A stretch of DNA of 64,000 nucleotides from Candidatus Bathyarchaeota archaeon (GCA_963726255.1 CAVSBL010000002.1:1664001-1728000), one strand, 5' to 3'. Counted from the first letter of the stretch, positions 30,765-41,607 are shown. Translations and numbers: made by a program. Notes: generated by a model from the letters alone, not told the origin.

Positions 30765-31010
30765 GGCGAAGAACCCGCACCGATTCCGCTTAGCATCCCT
30801 TAACATGGGTGGTGCCACCCGAAGTGAGGGTGGTGCCATTTGGTGCCATGCGGGGCGTTTTTTCTCCACCTCGATTACGGACGAGTAAAGTATTCTCCCC
30901 CCAAAATTACACCACCTACTTCCCTTCGCCGCCCCTTTAGCCAAAAGGCTACACATATTGAACCGCACATTCAGCTTACGGAACATAGTTCGCGCTTTGG
31001 GGTTAGGAAT

Positions 31011-31664
31011 TTGGTTAGGGCGCTAGTGCTTCTTTCTGGAGGCATCGATTCCGCAACTGCGCTCTATTTGATCAAGCAGGAGACCGATGACGTCTATTCC
31101 ATGAACATGATTTACACGCAATCTTATGACAGTGAAGCGGAAGCATCGAAGAAACTCGCAGCCGTTGCCCAGGTGAAAGAACATTTCAGTGTTTATCTAC
31201 CATTTTTCAAGCATATTGAAACGCGCTACCACCCCGCCCCTTCCTCTGAAATCTCGTCCGCGTATGTGCCTGCCCGAAACATTGTCTTCTATGGAGTTGC
31301 CGCAGCCTACGCCGAAACCATAGGCGCCACTAGGGTAGTGTTCGGGTCAAATGCCGACGATTCTAAGGAACTTCCAGACGCCAGCCCAGAGTTCATCCGA
31401 CTCATTAATGAGTTAGTTCGTGCGGGAACCAGGTCCGGCCGGGAAGGGCCACGAATAGAAATCGTCAACCCACTGATCAACTACAACAAGGTTGAGGTGC
31501 TCAAGCTCGCGCTCAAGCTTAAGGTTCCGCTTGAACTGACTTGGAGCTGTTACGAAGATTTGCCCGCCCCGTGCGGAAGATGCCGCGGTTGCCATATGAG
31601 GCGGAAGGCGTTCGACGCGATCGGCATCCCCGACCCGTTGAGCGCATGGAGCCAGCTGAAGTAA
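31011..31664 (+). CDS. queC: 7-cyano-7-deazaguanine synthase
   Basis: LLSGGIDS, YVPARN, PD, TWSCY....PCGRCRGC..R. Confidence 0.93.
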   Translation: MVRALVLLSGGIDSATALYLIKQETDDVYSMNMIYTQSYDSEAEASKKLAAVAQVKEHFSVYLPFFKHIETRYHPAPSSEISSAYVPARNIVFYGVAAAYAETIGATRVVFGSNADDSKELPDASPEFIRLINELVRAGTRSGREGPRIEIVNPLINYNKVEVLKLALKLKVPLELTWSCYEDLPAPCGRCRGCHMRRKAFDAIGIPDPLSAWSQLK

Positions 31665-31916
31665 TTCGCGGCGAATAATTTCGCCGACCAGGCGCAAGCC
31701 GCGCGACTCCCAATCAATAAAAGTCTTTTCAACGACCAACCGAGTTGGAGGATGGTGTGTTACTCGTTTTCCAGTCGAAGTTCCCGAAGGCCGTTGAGTA
31801 CGGCAATGCATTTCAGCAATCGGCCCGTACAATTTTTTATACAATTCTGTCGAAAACTATTAAAGTGCAATAGGGTGACTACAGAGAGCTTCCACTTTCT
31901 AAGAGGTAAGAGCAAA

Positions 31917-34511
31917 TTGGTATCCCACGTTGAACCCTCAACCAATGAGGTTCCTTCGAGACTGAGAATCACCCAAATAAGAAAGCGCGATGGGCGCATC
32001 CTCCCATTCAACAAAGAGAAGATTACAAACGCAATCTACAAAGCCATAGTCGCAACGGGCAGTAGAGACCGCGCACTCGCTGACTCCCTGTCAACGCGCG
32101 TAGTTGAGATCCTTGATGAGAAATACGGTGGAGAAGCGATTCCTGCCGTTGAGGATGTTCAAGATGTTGTAGAAAGAGCGCTAGTTGAAAATGGCCAAGC
32201 GAAGGTCGCTAAGGCATACATAATCTACAGGCAGAAAAGGGCTGAGATTAGGCGTGAAAAGCAGCGAATCCTCGAGAAGGAAACTATCGATGAGGTAGAC
32301 AAGGTCTTCGACCTGAACGCCCTGAAAGTTCTCAAGGCTAGGTACCTGAAGAAAGATGAGGCAGGCAAACTCATAGAAACACCGAAGCAACTCTTCACGA
32401 GAATCGCAGTCCACGCTGCGCTACCAGACCTATTCTACGACCCTGAGGTCTACGACATAAGCAAGAAACAGAATGCGCATCCGCAAGAAAAGTTTGACCC
32501 AATTCAATACCATGAGAAGGTCAGCATCGGAAAGTATGCGCTCAACCAGTATCACCTTGAAGCTTTGAAGCGGATGTATGACCGCTTTGACCGCGAAGGC
32601 GCTGCAAAGATTTCCTGGTCACGCTTCTTCGAAATGCTCAAGACAGGACTCTTCAACAAGTATGAGAAGTCCATCAACTCATTTTACGAGCTGATGGTTT
32701 CCAAGAAATTCATGCCTAACACACCTGCAATCGCCAATTTCGGAAACGTTCTCGGAATGGGCTCCGCCTGCTTCGTTCTGGGTGTCGATGATTCCATTGA
32801 GAGCATAATGGAGACCTTGAAGCAGACCGCAGTGGTCTTCAAAGCGGGGGGAGGGATGGGCTACAACTTTTCGAGACTAAGACCTGAAGGAGATTACGTA
32901 AGTTCAACCTCGGGCGTGGCATCGGGCCCCATCAGTTTCATGATGTTGTTCGATACCATGACTGACGTGATAAAGCAAGGGGGAATCCGGCGCGGTGCCA
33001 ACATGGGCATACTCAACAGCAATCATCCAGACATCGAGAAATTCATAACCGCAAAGAAAGGAAACAAAGCGTTAAGGAACTTCAACATTTCAGTTCTCTT
33101 GATGCCTGACTTCTGGGAATGCTACAACAAGAACAAACCATACCCCCTCGTCAACCCCCGGACCGGTCAGGTTGTCCGCGAAGTCAACCCACGCCTATTG
33201 TTCGACATGATAGTCTACCAAGCGTGGGAAAGTGCTGAACCAGGCGTGATCTTTTTCGACCACGTGAACGAGTACAACCCGTTCTTGAAACACCTTGGTC
33301 CAATAATCACAACAAACCCATGCGGCGAAGTCCTGCTCTACCCAAATGAATCCTGTAATCTTGGCAGCGTCAATGTATGGGCGTTTGCGAAACGTGATGA
33401 CAACGGAAAAAACACCTATGATTGGGACGGGTTAAAGGAAGCAGTCTACGTAGGTTCCAGATTCCTTGACAACGTGATTGATGTAAACAACTTCCCACTT
33501 AAGGCAATTGAAGACATGACGCTTGCAACACGGAAGATAGGGCTAGGAGTAATGGGGCTAGCCGACTTACTTTTCGAACTTCGCATGGCATACAACAGCG
33601 ACGAAGGCCGCAAGTTCATGGAGGAGCTTATGGAATTCATCAATTACCACTCAAAGCTTACATCGATCGACCTGGCGAAAGAACGAGGCCCAGTGCCTTA
33701 CTACAACAAAAGCTTCTACCCTGAAGGAAAGCTGCCCTTCGCGGGGTTCGCCAATCGAAAACTGTGGCATTTTGAGTGGGACAAGGTAACTGAAATGATT
33801 AAGCAGCATGGCGTACGGAACGGGTACACAACCGTGATCGCACCCACCGGTAGCATCTCAATGATCGCGGGATGCAGCAGCGGCATGGAACCCGTCTACT
33901 CCCTCGTCTACGAGAAACACGTCAAGGTTGGAAGCTTCTACTATATCGACCCCGTGTTCGAACGCGTCATGACTGACGAAGGCTTGTTTGGCGATGACCT
34001 GCTTAGGGATGTGAACGACCACGGCGGCTCAATCCAGAGAATCAGCTACATACCTGAAGATCTGAAGCGAGTCTACATTACCGCTATGGACATTCGCCCA
34101 GAGGATCACATCCGGGCTCTCGCTGTCTTTCAGAGGTGGACGGACTCCTCGATTTCAAAGACCAACAACTTCCCCGCTAATGCGACGGTCGAAGACATGC
34201 GGGAATCATACCTGCTCGCCTACAAACTCGGCTGCAAGGATGTTACCGTATTTCGGGATACCTCAATCAAAGGCCAAGTCCTAGTAGTGCCGCGCAAGAA
34301 GAATGAGGACACTAAAGAGGGGGAAAGCAAAAATGATGAGGAACAAGCAGTAGTGAAGCCACTCGCACCCAAGCTATTGGCTGTGCCTTTGGTCGGCGCC
34401 TCCCAAGGCATGAGCGAACAGATCAAACTTTGCCCCCAATGCCAGAGCCAAGTAGTGTACCAAGAAGGCTGTTACATATGCCACGAATGCAGCTGGGGCG
34501 CCTGCTCCTAA
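31917..34511 (+). CDS. nrdJ: Class II (AdoCbl-dependent) ribonucleotide reductase with ATP cone
   Basis: ATP cone KRDGR..F..KI, SACFV, GGIRRGANM, TNPCGE, IAPTGSIS, C-terminal CPQC...EGC..C..C. No intein visible. Confidence 0.93.
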   Translation: MVSHVEPSTNEVPSRLRITQIRKRDGRILPFNKEKITNAIYKAIVATGSRDRALADSLSTRVVEILDEKYGGEAIPAVEDVQDVVERALVENGQAKVAKAYIIYRQKRAEIRREKQRILEKETIDEVDKVFDLNALKVLKARYLKKDEAGKLIETPKQLFTRIAVHAALPDLFYDPEVYDISKKQNAHPQEKFDPIQYHEKVSIGKYALNQYHLEALKRMYDRFDREGAAKISWSRFFEMLKTGLFNKYEKSINSFYELMVSKKFMPNTPAIANFGNVLGMGSACFVLGVDDSIESIMETLKQTAVVFKAGGGMGYNFSRLRPEGDYVSSTSGVASGPISFMMLFDTMTDVIKQGGIRRGANMGILNSNHPDIEKFITAKKGNKALRNFNISVLLMPDFWECYNKNKPYPLVNPRTGQVVREVNPRLLFDMIVYQAWESAEPGVIFFDHVNEYNPFLKHLGPIITTNPCGEVLLYPNESCNLGSVNVWAFAKRDDNGKNTYDWDGLKEAVYVGSRFLDNVIDVNNFPLKAIEDMTLATRKIGLGVMGLADLLFELRMAYNSDEGRKFMEELMEFINYHSKLTSIDLAKERGPVPYYNKSFYPEGKLPFAGFANRKLWHFEWDKVTEMIKQHGVRNGYTTVIAPTGSISMIAGCSSGMEPVYSLVYEKHVKVGSFYYIDPVFERVMTDEGLFGDDLLRDVNDHGGSIQRISYIPEDLKRVYITAMDIRPEDHIRALAVFQRWTDSSISKTNNFPANATVEDMRESYLLAYKLGCKDVTVFRDTSIKGQVLVVPRKKNEDTKEGESKNDEEQAVVKPLAPKLLAVPLVGASQGMSEQIKLCPQCQSQVVYQEGCYICHECSWGACS

Positions 34512-34701
34512 CCAGGGCATAGGTCCCGAGCAGTAGTTAACCCGCTCAACCAACTACCCTTCAAGGCATCCAGACTAGCAGACGACATCACTCCCGGCAT
34601 TCCATGGCTCTACCGAAAACTACCCGGTCCTCTCTACATGAGGTGCGAAGGCAAATGGCCCAACTTTATTTCCCAAGGCACCAAGTGAAACGCTGGTTAC
34701 C

Positions 34702-35394
34702 ATGGACAAACGCTTGCTCAGGCTCGTCAACAAGATCAGAAACAGAAACCTTCGGAAGAAGGTCTATGCCCTCCTTGATAATCCATCGGTCAAGATAGGC
34801 GGTAAGACATTCTCTGGGTTGCCGATTGAAAAATCTCCAGCGAGTATTCGGCATCACCACAACTACCCTGGGGGTTTCATTGAACATACGCTGGCCTTGT
34901 ATGAACTCTGCATGAGCTTGTCCCGAGTGGCACGAATGATCTACGGGTGCAGGGTAAACAATGACCTCGTGATATGTGGTGTTCTGCTTCACGACATCTT
35001 CAAACCAGTTACCTATTTACGGACCGACGATGGCAGGTATCGGCCATCCGCGTTGGCAGAACGAGTTGACCATCTTACCCTAGCTAGCGCGGAGCTAATT
35101 CGACGAGGATTTCCGCTCGACGCTGTTCACGTCGTGGCCGCCAGCCACGGTCGGCAGTACGGGCCTATAGGACCAATGACTGTTGAGGCCTTGATTTGCC
35201 ACCTTGGTGATTCTGCTGAAGCTGATCTTAACGGGGAAGTTCTAAGCGCAGCAAGATTCATGATTCGTGAGGTTACCGGAGAAGAACCCCGCGCACTAAG
35301 CGGCAAAGATGCGTTTGCCATAGTAAAGGCCAAAGCCGACAAGGGGTGGAACGGCGTAAGACAGTACCTCTCCCACACAGGGTACAACAGCTAG
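34702..35394 (+). CDS. HD-domain phosphohydrolase (YhaM-like HD domain)
   Basis: SPAS..HHH.Y.GG..EHT, LLHDIFK, H.V..SHG, EA...H..D. Confidence 0.8.
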   Translation: MDKRLLRLVNKIRNRNLRKKVYALLDNPSVKIGGKTFSGLPIEKSPASIRHHHNYPGGFIEHTLALYELCMSLSRVARMIYGCRVNNDLVICGVLLHDIFKPVTYLRTDDGRYRPSALAERVDHLTLASAELIRRGFPLDAVHVVAASHGRQYGPIGPMTVEALICHLGDSAEADLNGEVLSAARFMIREVTGEEPRALSGKDAFAIVKAKADKGWNGVRQYLSHTGYNS

Positions 35395-35427
35395 TGAGGT
35401 GAAAAGGCCCCAGGGAGTGTCGTTCTA

Positions 35428-36138
35428 GTGAAGAATGACGTTTGGAACGCGGTAATTCATGCAATAGAGACCTCGATCCCTGAATACGACCACGTTAACG
35501 AGAAGGTTTCGTTCGGTAGGGCATTAAAGGCCCGAAAGTACGCAGTAGGCCAGCTTGCACTGAGCGAGGGAATGACGGTTCTCGATGCGGGCATCGGCCC
35601 AGGAACTATGAGCGAAGCCCTCCTTTCAGAATCCGAAGGCCTCACGATTCTAGGGTTGGACGCGTCAGCGACGCTTCTTCGCGCGGCCCGCGAACGCTTC
35701 AAATCATCAAGACGTACGCAACTACATTTCGTACGTGCAGTTTTCGAAGCCGTCCCAATCAGGAATGGCTCTGTAAATCGCATCGTAAGCGCATACGCTT
35801 TCAGAGATGCCAGAGACCGCGAGGAGGCTATTGATGAGTTTCGCAGAGTTTTGACATCCGATGGATCCTTCGCGATAATAGATTTGGGTAAACCCAACGA
35901 GGTTCTCAAGAGAGCCATCGTTACGGTATACATTGAACACCTCATGCCCTTGGTCGCCCGGTTTTCGAAATCAAGCCGAATCCGCGGCAACCCGTGGCGA
36001 ATGATTGTTCCGACTTACCAGCTGCTCTCAACTAACCGAGAGCTAATGCAATCCCTGAAGAAACGATTTGATGACGTAAGAATTTCGGAGTTCTCAATGG
36101 GCGGCCTTATAGTTGTTCTTGCGCGAGTTAGCGGCTAG
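35428..36138 (+). CDS. UbiE/MenG-like SAM-dependent methyltransferase
   Basis: YD.VN...SFG, VLDAGIGPG, AYAFRD, EF.RVL...G. Confidence 0.8.
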   Translation: MKNDVWNAVIHAIETSIPEYDHVNEKVSFGRALKARKYAVGQLALSEGMTVLDAGIGPGTMSEALLSESEGLTILGLDASATLLRAARERFKSSRRTQLHFVRAVFEAVPIRNGSVNRIVSAYAFRDARDREEAIDEFRRVLTSDGSFAIIDLGKPNEVLKRAIVTVYIEHLMPLVARFSKSSRIRGNPWRMIVPTYQLLSTNRELMQSLKKRFDDVRISEFSMGGLIVVLARVSG

Positions 36139-37352
36139 CTGCCGACTCTTGAAACGAAATCAGCCATCTTCTTGAACCCTAACTCAATTCGTTCCTCAGA
36201 CTCGCTGACGAACGTCATCCTAACGTGGCCACGGCCGTTGTCACCGAAGAATCGTCCGGGTATAACTGCTACTCCAGTCTCTTTCAGGAGTCTTCCTGCA
36301 AATTCCTCTTCGTTTAGTTTCAGCTTCGAGAGGTATGGGCGCATGTCGACAAAATAGTAGAAGGCCCCGGACGGGGTGACTGTTTTGGCTAAGGGGAGAT
36401 GCGTTTTCAGCATTTTTCCCATGAAATCCCTTTTCTTGAGATAGTGTGGGAGAACTATGTTTCTCAGGTAGGGTTCCTTCATGTTTTCTTTCAGGAATTT
36501 CACCAAACCAAATTGGGCCAAACTATCGGGGGCAAGCGTGCTGTACTGTTGCATTTTCTCCATTGAGTCGATTATTTCCTTTGGAGCAAGCGTGTAGCCT
36601 AGACGGAGGCCGGGTATGCTGGCTTCCTTTGAGAAGCTTGAAACGGTTATAGTGTGCTCCCGTGCACCCGGCAGCCGGCTAATCCAAATGTGTTCTCCTT
36701 CGTAGACAATGTGCTTGTAGACATCATCGCTGATTATCCAGAAATCGTAATCCTGCGCGAGATCCACGAGTGCCTTCACAAAGGCCTGATTCAGGATTCT
36801 CCCCGTAGGATTGTCCGGGGATAGAACTATCACTGCCTTCGTTTTCTTTGAGACCGCCTGGTTGAGGGCTTCAGGGCTAGGCTGATATCCGTCCTCAACG
36901 TTGACCGGGAGCCGCTTCGGTTTTCCCTCAGCCAATTCGATCAATTCCCGGTATCCAAGGTACGTGGGATCAGTGACAATCACGTCGTCTCCTGAATTGA
37001 TTAGCGACATGAGCAGACTGAAGATTGCCTCAGTGCCACCAGTGCTCAGAATTATTTCAGAGCGAGGGTCGTAGTCGACCCTGCCGTACTTCCTTGCGTC
37101 ATCTGCGATGGCTGCCCGTAGTTCCGGGATGCCTCGCGTTCCCGTATATCCGCAGCTCTTCAGCGGGTCCGACGTGAGTAGGCGGCTGAATTCGTCGAGA
37201 AAGCCTTGGGGTGGAGGGACGCTAGGTGCTCCTCCACCGAATGATATTATGTTGCCGCGTCCCCGTGCCTCGTCAAGTAGAGCCGCCACTTTGCGGATCG
37301 GCGATATGTGGATTTTCTCCATGCGCCGAGACAGGTTTCTCATCGACTGCAC
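36135..37352 (-). CDS. Class I/II PLP-dependent aminotransferase
   Basis: Y...G..ELR, SPDNPTG, SDDVY, SSFSKE...PGLRLG. Confidence 0.9.
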   Translation of the reverse strand: MQSMRNLSRRMEKIHISPIRKVAALLDEARGRGNIISFGGGAPSVPPPQGFLDEFSRLLTSDPLKSCGYTGTRGIPELRAAIADDARKYGRVDYDPRSEIILSTGGTEAIFSLLMSLINSGDDVIVTDPTYLGYRELIELAEGKPKRLPVNVEDGYQPSPEALNQAVSKKTKAVIVLSPDNPTGRILNQAFVKALVDLAQDYDFWIISDDVYKHIVYEGEHIWISRLPGAREHTITVSSFSKEASIPGLRLGYTLAPKEIIDSMEKMQQYSTLAPDSLAQFGLVKFLKENMKEPYLRNIVLPHYLKKRDFMGKMLKTHLPLAKTVTPSGAFYYFVDMRPYLSKLKLNEEEFAGRLLKETGVAVIPGRFFGDNGRGHVRMTFVSESEERIELGFKKMADFVSRVGS

Positions 37353-37393
37353 ATTTCATCGTGCAGCCTGCACCGCTTATACCGTTTACTGTG

Positions 37394-38680
37394 CTACGTT
37401 GCAGGTTTGAGTTTGGTCGCTCCACCCATGTAGACTTGTAAAGTTTCTGGGATCGTGATCGAACCGTCTTTGGTTTGGTAGTTCTCCAAGATTGCGACCA
37501 AGGCTCTCTCAGTGGCGACGAGCGTGCTGTTGAGGGTGTGAACCCAACTGGTTGGTTCGTCAGGCCTGTCTCTGAACCTGATTTTCGACCGCACCGCCTG
37601 ATACGTCGTGCAGTTGCTGCACGAGACCACCTCTCTGTACGTGCCCTGCCCTGGAAGCCACGCGTCTAGGTCATATTTCTTCGCGGCGACTGTTCCGAGA
37701 TCCCCTGTACAAACGTTGACGACTCGGTATGGGATTTTCAGCATCTGGAAAAATTCTTCAGCGTTCGCAATGAGTTTCTCATGTTCATCCCACGTCTGTT
37801 CCGGTTTGCAGAAGACGAACTGTTCGACCTTCTCGAATTGGTGCACCCTGAAGATTCCTTTGGTATCCTTCCCGTGCGCGCCAGCTTCCTTTCTGAAGCA
37901 TGGGCTCACTCCTGAATACCTTAGCGGCAGTCTCTTTCCATCTAATATTTCGTTCATGTGTTGCGCGAGGAGTGCGTGTTCAGATGTCGCGAGAAGGTAG
38001 AGGTCTTCTCCTTCCACCTTGTAAATGACGTCTTCAAAGTCTGATAGTGCGACAGCGCCCCCAACTGCTTCACGCCGCAGTAGGTATGGGGGTTGTGTTA
38101 ACTTGTAACCTTTCATGTCGCAGAAGTCCAAAGCGAGTCTAATCAGGGCATGATTGAGTTTCACCAGGTCCCCCCTGAGGTAGTAGAATCTAGCCCCAGC
38201 GACCTTCGCGGCTCTCTCTAGGTCGACAAGCCCAAGTTGTGTGGTTAAGTCGATGTGGTCTTTCGGTTTGAAGTTGAACTCTGGTGGTTTGCCCCACTTC
38301 CTCACTTCAACGTTATCATTCTCATCTTTCCCAACCGGCACGCTCTCGTGCATTATGTTAGGCAGTTGCATGAGCGTGTTCGCAATCTTGCTGTCGAGAT
38401 CTGCGACCTCTTTCTCGAGCGTTTTGATTTGATCTGGAATCTGTTCAGCTTCTTTAACCAATTGCGAGACATCCTGGCCTTGTCTCCGAGCTTGAGCTAT
38501 CTGTTCCGTGATCTTGTTCCTCTTGCTTCGCAGCGTGTCTGCTTGGGTTCGAAGGCTACGCCATTTGCGATCATTTTCTAGCAGTTCGTCTACCCAGGGG
38601 ATTTTTGCATCGTCCCCCCGCCGCGTTAGATTCGCTTTGACTACCTGAGGGTTATCCCGAACAAATTTCATATCAAGCAT
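37394..38680 (-). CDS. serS: Seryl-tRNA synthetase
   Basis: MLD.K..R.N, coiled-coil arm, ATSE, CFRKEAG...GIFRVHQFEKVEQF, SCSNC, HTLNST. Confidence 0.97.
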   Translation of the reverse strand: MLDMKFVRDNPQVVKANLTRRGDDAKIPWVDELLENDRKWRSLRTQADTLRSKRNKITEQIAQARRQGQDVSQLVKEAEQIPDQIKTLEKEVADLDSKIANTLMQLPNIMHESVPVGKDENDNVEVRKWGKPPEFNFKPKDHIDLTTQLGLVDLERAAKVAGARFYYLRGDLVKLNHALIRLALDFCDMKGYKLTQPPYLLRREAVGGAVALSDFEDVIYKVEGEDLYLLATSEHALLAQHMNEILDGKRLPLRYSGVSPCFRKEAGAHGKDTKGIFRVHQFEKVEQFVFCKPEQTWDEHEKLIANAEEFFQMLKIPYRVVNVCTGDLGTVAAKKYDLDAWLPGQGTYREVVSCSNCTTYQAVRSKIRFRDRPDEPTSWVHTLNSTLVATERALVAILENYQTKDGSITIPETLQVYMGGATKLKPAT

Positions 38681-38780
38681 GTTTCTCGCCTACTTTTCGA
38701 GCATTCAAGCGATTGTTTTCACTCGGGTAATTAGGTTGGAAATAGTTTGGCATTGTGTTTTGGGCCGCCTAATTAAAAGC

Positions 38781-39644
38781 TCATCTAAGATTCGTTGCGA
38801 CGAATATCACAGCTAACAGGATCAGTGCATATCCCGCAATTTGAATAGGATTTGGAACTTCATGGAAGAGAGGTATGGCAAAGAGGGATGCCAAGATAGG
38901 CTCCATTAATGGAAAGAGGTTTGCTGTGACGGTCTTTACAGAACCGAGGGAATAGTTGTAAAGTGAATGGCCAACCGCAGTAGGCAACAGCGCCAAGCCA
39001 AGAATGGCGACAATATTTTGCGCATCATATGATTGAAACGTATGCTCTCCCAACGCTCCAACCATAAGTAACGCAACCAATGCGGCAGCTGAGTATACGT
39101 AAGACGTGTAGCAAGATGTGCTAACGCCGCTCGTCCTCAGGTATCTTCCCACTAAGGAGTATTGAGCCACGAAGAAGGCGGCGAGCAAAGCGGAAAGGTC
39201 AGCCAATCCGAACGCATGGAAGCCATTGCCAGCGTTGGCAACAAGTATGACTCCAAACGTAGCAACCAGCACACTCACTATTTCCTTTGAGGTTGTTCGC
39301 TCCCTTATGATGATGGGAGAGAGCACTGCAAGCATGACTGGGCTCGTGTTCACCAAGAATGTTGCGTTTGCGATTGTGGTTTCCTTGACCGCGAAAATGA
39401 AGGCCGCAAAATGCAAACTGAGAAATGCGCCGGAGATCGCGACGAGAACCAAGTCACGCCTCGGTAGGATGTGTAAATTTCGGCTTGCGAATCCAAATAG
39501 AACCATTACCAATGCAGCAATGAAAAGACGGAAAAACGTTAGCGACATCGCGGAAGCTTCAGTTGCAAATCTGATGAAAATTGCGGCTGTGGCAAAGAAG
39601 AATGAAGCAACAAAAAGAATGACTATACCCCTTGATAGTGACAA
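38781..39644 (-). CDS. EamA/DMT family transporter
   Basis: 10-TM duplicated DMT pattern, EP..A. Confidence 0.85.
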   Translation of the reverse strand: MSLSRGIVILFVASFFFATAAIFIRFATEASAMSLTFFRLFIAALVMVLFGFASRNLHILPRRDLVLVAISGAFLSLHFAAFIFAVKETTIANATFLVNTSPVMLAVLSPIIIRERTTSKEIVSVLVATFGVILVANAGNGFHAFGLADLSALLAAFFVAQYSLVGRYLRTSGVSTSCYTSYVYSAAALVALLMVGALGEHTFQSYDAQNIVAILGLALLPTAVGHSLYNYSLGSVKTVTANLFPLMEPILASLFAIPLFHEVPNPIQIAGYALILLAVIFVATNLR

Positions 39645-39767
39645 CCAAAGAACACTCGCAGATTATGACAGAGCAGTGTATTGCCGAACATTGTCCTTTA
39701 ACTATCTGATGGCTATTTAGGATTCGAAAATTAGTGCGCTGACCCAGCGCGCTCGGCGGAAGTACCG

Positions 39768-40652
39768 TTGAACAACCAAACGAGAGGAGCTTTGCTCATA
39801 ATGGCGGCTGCTTTCTTATGGGGAACCACTGGAGTAATCAGCAAGACTGCTTACGCCGAAACTAATGTGGGTCCGATTTCGCTCGCTTTTTATCGACTAA
39901 TATTCGCGATTCCAGTCCTTGCGTTTCTCGTTCGGGTAAAGCGGTACGAAGTTTCACTGACGCTCGGCGAGGTAGGGCTCTTCGCGTGTTTCGGTTTCTG
40001 CAGCTTGTCTGTCTTCGAAACGCTCCTCTTTACCGCATTTCAGTACACTACCGTGCAACACGCGACTGCGCTTCTTTATACTGCGCCTGCTTTCGTTGCC
40101 CTACTTTCGTGGTTGATCCTGAAGGAGCATTTTACCAAGGCCAAGATAGCTGCTGTCGCTCTTTCGATTCTAGGGGCGTTCCTGATTCTCGGTCTAGTGA
40201 CGCGTGAACCGTTGTTTGCGTCAAGAACGCAGATTGGAGACTGGTTGGCAGTGGGTTCAGGGTTGGCTTACTCTTCCTGGTACCTTTTCGGAAAGGTTCT
40301 TGGAAAAAGTAGGGACCCGGCGGTCACAGCTTTGTTGGCTACGTGTTTCGGATCCATTTTCCTATTCCCAATCATGGTGGGACTAGAGGGAATGCGAATC
40401 CCGGGAAGCATGCTTGCTTGGCAGTTAGTGGCGACTATTGGGGTCGTTCCAACCGCGATGGCGTACGTTCTTTACCTAGGCGGATTAAAGCTGATCGAAG
40501 CAACTAAGGCCAGCGTTTTTGCAATAATCGAACCAGTCACCGCGGCGATCCTAGGATTTTGGTTCTTTCATGAAATGTTTACTTACGTTTCGTTCGTCGG
40601 GTTTGCGCTAATAATCGGTAGCATTATTCTAATCTCAACGGATAGAACTTAA
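39768..40652 (+). CDS. EamA/DMT family transporter
   Basis: A.LWGT, LLYTAP, IEPV.A motifs. Confidence 0.85.
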   Translation: MNNQTRGALLIMAAAFLWGTTGVISKTAYAETNVGPISLAFYRLIFAIPVLAFLVRVKRYEVSLTLGEVGLFACFGFCSLSVFETLLFTAFQYTTVQHATALLYTAPAFVALLSWLILKEHFTKAKIAAVALSILGAFLILGLVTREPLFASRTQIGDWLAVGSGLAYSSWYLFGKVLGKSRDPAVTALLATCFGSIFLFPIMVGLEGMRIPGSMLAWQLVATIGVVPTAMAYVLYLGGLKLIEATKASVFAIIEPVTAAILGFWFFHEMFTYVSFVGFALIIGSIILISTDRT

Positions 40653-40747
40653 CCGATGCGAAGCGCACTTTGCTTTTCGGAGCTTTTCATACATACCTTC
40701 TTAATCTAACGGTAGGCTATAGTTTCCATGCAGTCAGGTGATAACTT

Positions 40748-41059
40748 ACGTTCAAACTGGTTATTCTCGTGAAGAAGAGAGAGACTCTGAGCGATCAGGA
40801 ATTTGCCAAATACTGGCTGGAAAAGCATGCTCCTCTAGCAAGAAAGATGCCCGGATTGAGGAGGTACGTTGTCAATGTCGTTAGGAGACCACCTAACAGG
40901 GAACCCGATTACCACGGAGTCGTGGAGCTATGGTTCGACGACATTGATAGCATGAAAAAGGGATTCGCTTCTCCAGAAGGATTGAACACACAGAGGGATA
41001 CAGAAGCCTTCGCAAGCAAACTCATAACTCTATACATTGACGAGCATGAGATAGCCTAG
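40748..41059 (+). CDS. EthD-family protein (apparent ACG start)
   Basis: (M)FKLVILVKKRE.LS..EF..YW...HAPL...MPGL..Y...GV.ELWFD. Confidence 0.85.
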   Translation, partial: TFKLVILVKKRETLSDQEFAKYWLEKHAPLARKMPGLRRYVVNVVRRPPNREPDYHGVVELWFDDIDSMKKGFASPEGLNTQRDTEAFASKLITLYIDEHEIA

Positions 41060-41169
41060 CACGATGAAAACTCAGGCAGTTCGTTAAGCCCATTTATCGT
41101 GGTGGTTCTGTTTACTGAGCGTCGGACGAAAAAAGAAACGATGACTGTTAACTCGCGTCGGATGTGTGC

Positions 41170-41355
41170 TCATTTGGTTTGTTGGATTAGTTTCGCGTTG
41201 ATTTCGTCAAACATTTTTATCTTGGGAAAATACTGTGTCTCACGGTAGCCCGTATCTGTCACATATTGTCCTGCCCTATGCTGGAACTCAAGTTTGGCGT
41301 AATTGAGCGCTTCCTTGAGGAAGGCAATCTCTTCTACAGTGAAATCGATATTCAT
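41170..41355 (-). CDS. Hypothetical cargo protein, 61 aa
   Basis: ATG ORF 'MNIDFTVEEIAFLKEALNY...' inside the element. Confidence 0.6.
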   Translation of the reverse strand: MNIDFTVEEIAFLKEALNYAKLEFQHRAGQYVTDTGYRETQYFPKIKMFDEINAKLIQQTK

Positions 41356-41397
41356 GCCTAAGCCCTTCCATGCTCTAATCCTGTCTGCCCACTCATA

Positions 41398-41607
41398 TTA
41401 ATCACCTGTAGGATTTTTGGGCATAGCTCTTGCTCCACGTCTTGGGCTTTTCTTAGGTTCTTTTTGTCTCGAATCGCCCTTGAGCAGATGTTCATCATAT
41501 TTCCTGAGCCGATTTTGAAATTCTTGACTTTTATCAGGTATGTAGTCATCAAACCATCTAGTTAGTGCGCGTGCCATGGCAATTGAAATTGCATACGCTT
41601 GTCCCAT
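41398..41607 (-). pseudogene. Hypothetical ORF, probably the 3' remnant of a cargo gene
   Basis: Abuts the transposase fragment back-to-back with no promoter space, suggesting a deletion junction near 41605. Confidence 0.35.

Noticed and set aside
31665-31916. Cobalamin riboswitch or NrdR box upstream of nrdJ
   Set aside because: No B12-box or NrdR-box consensus recognisable.
31917-34511. Intein in the ribonucleotide reductase
   Set aside because: The insertion after the ATP cone lacks intein C/S...HN termini, and the length fits an intein-free enzyme.
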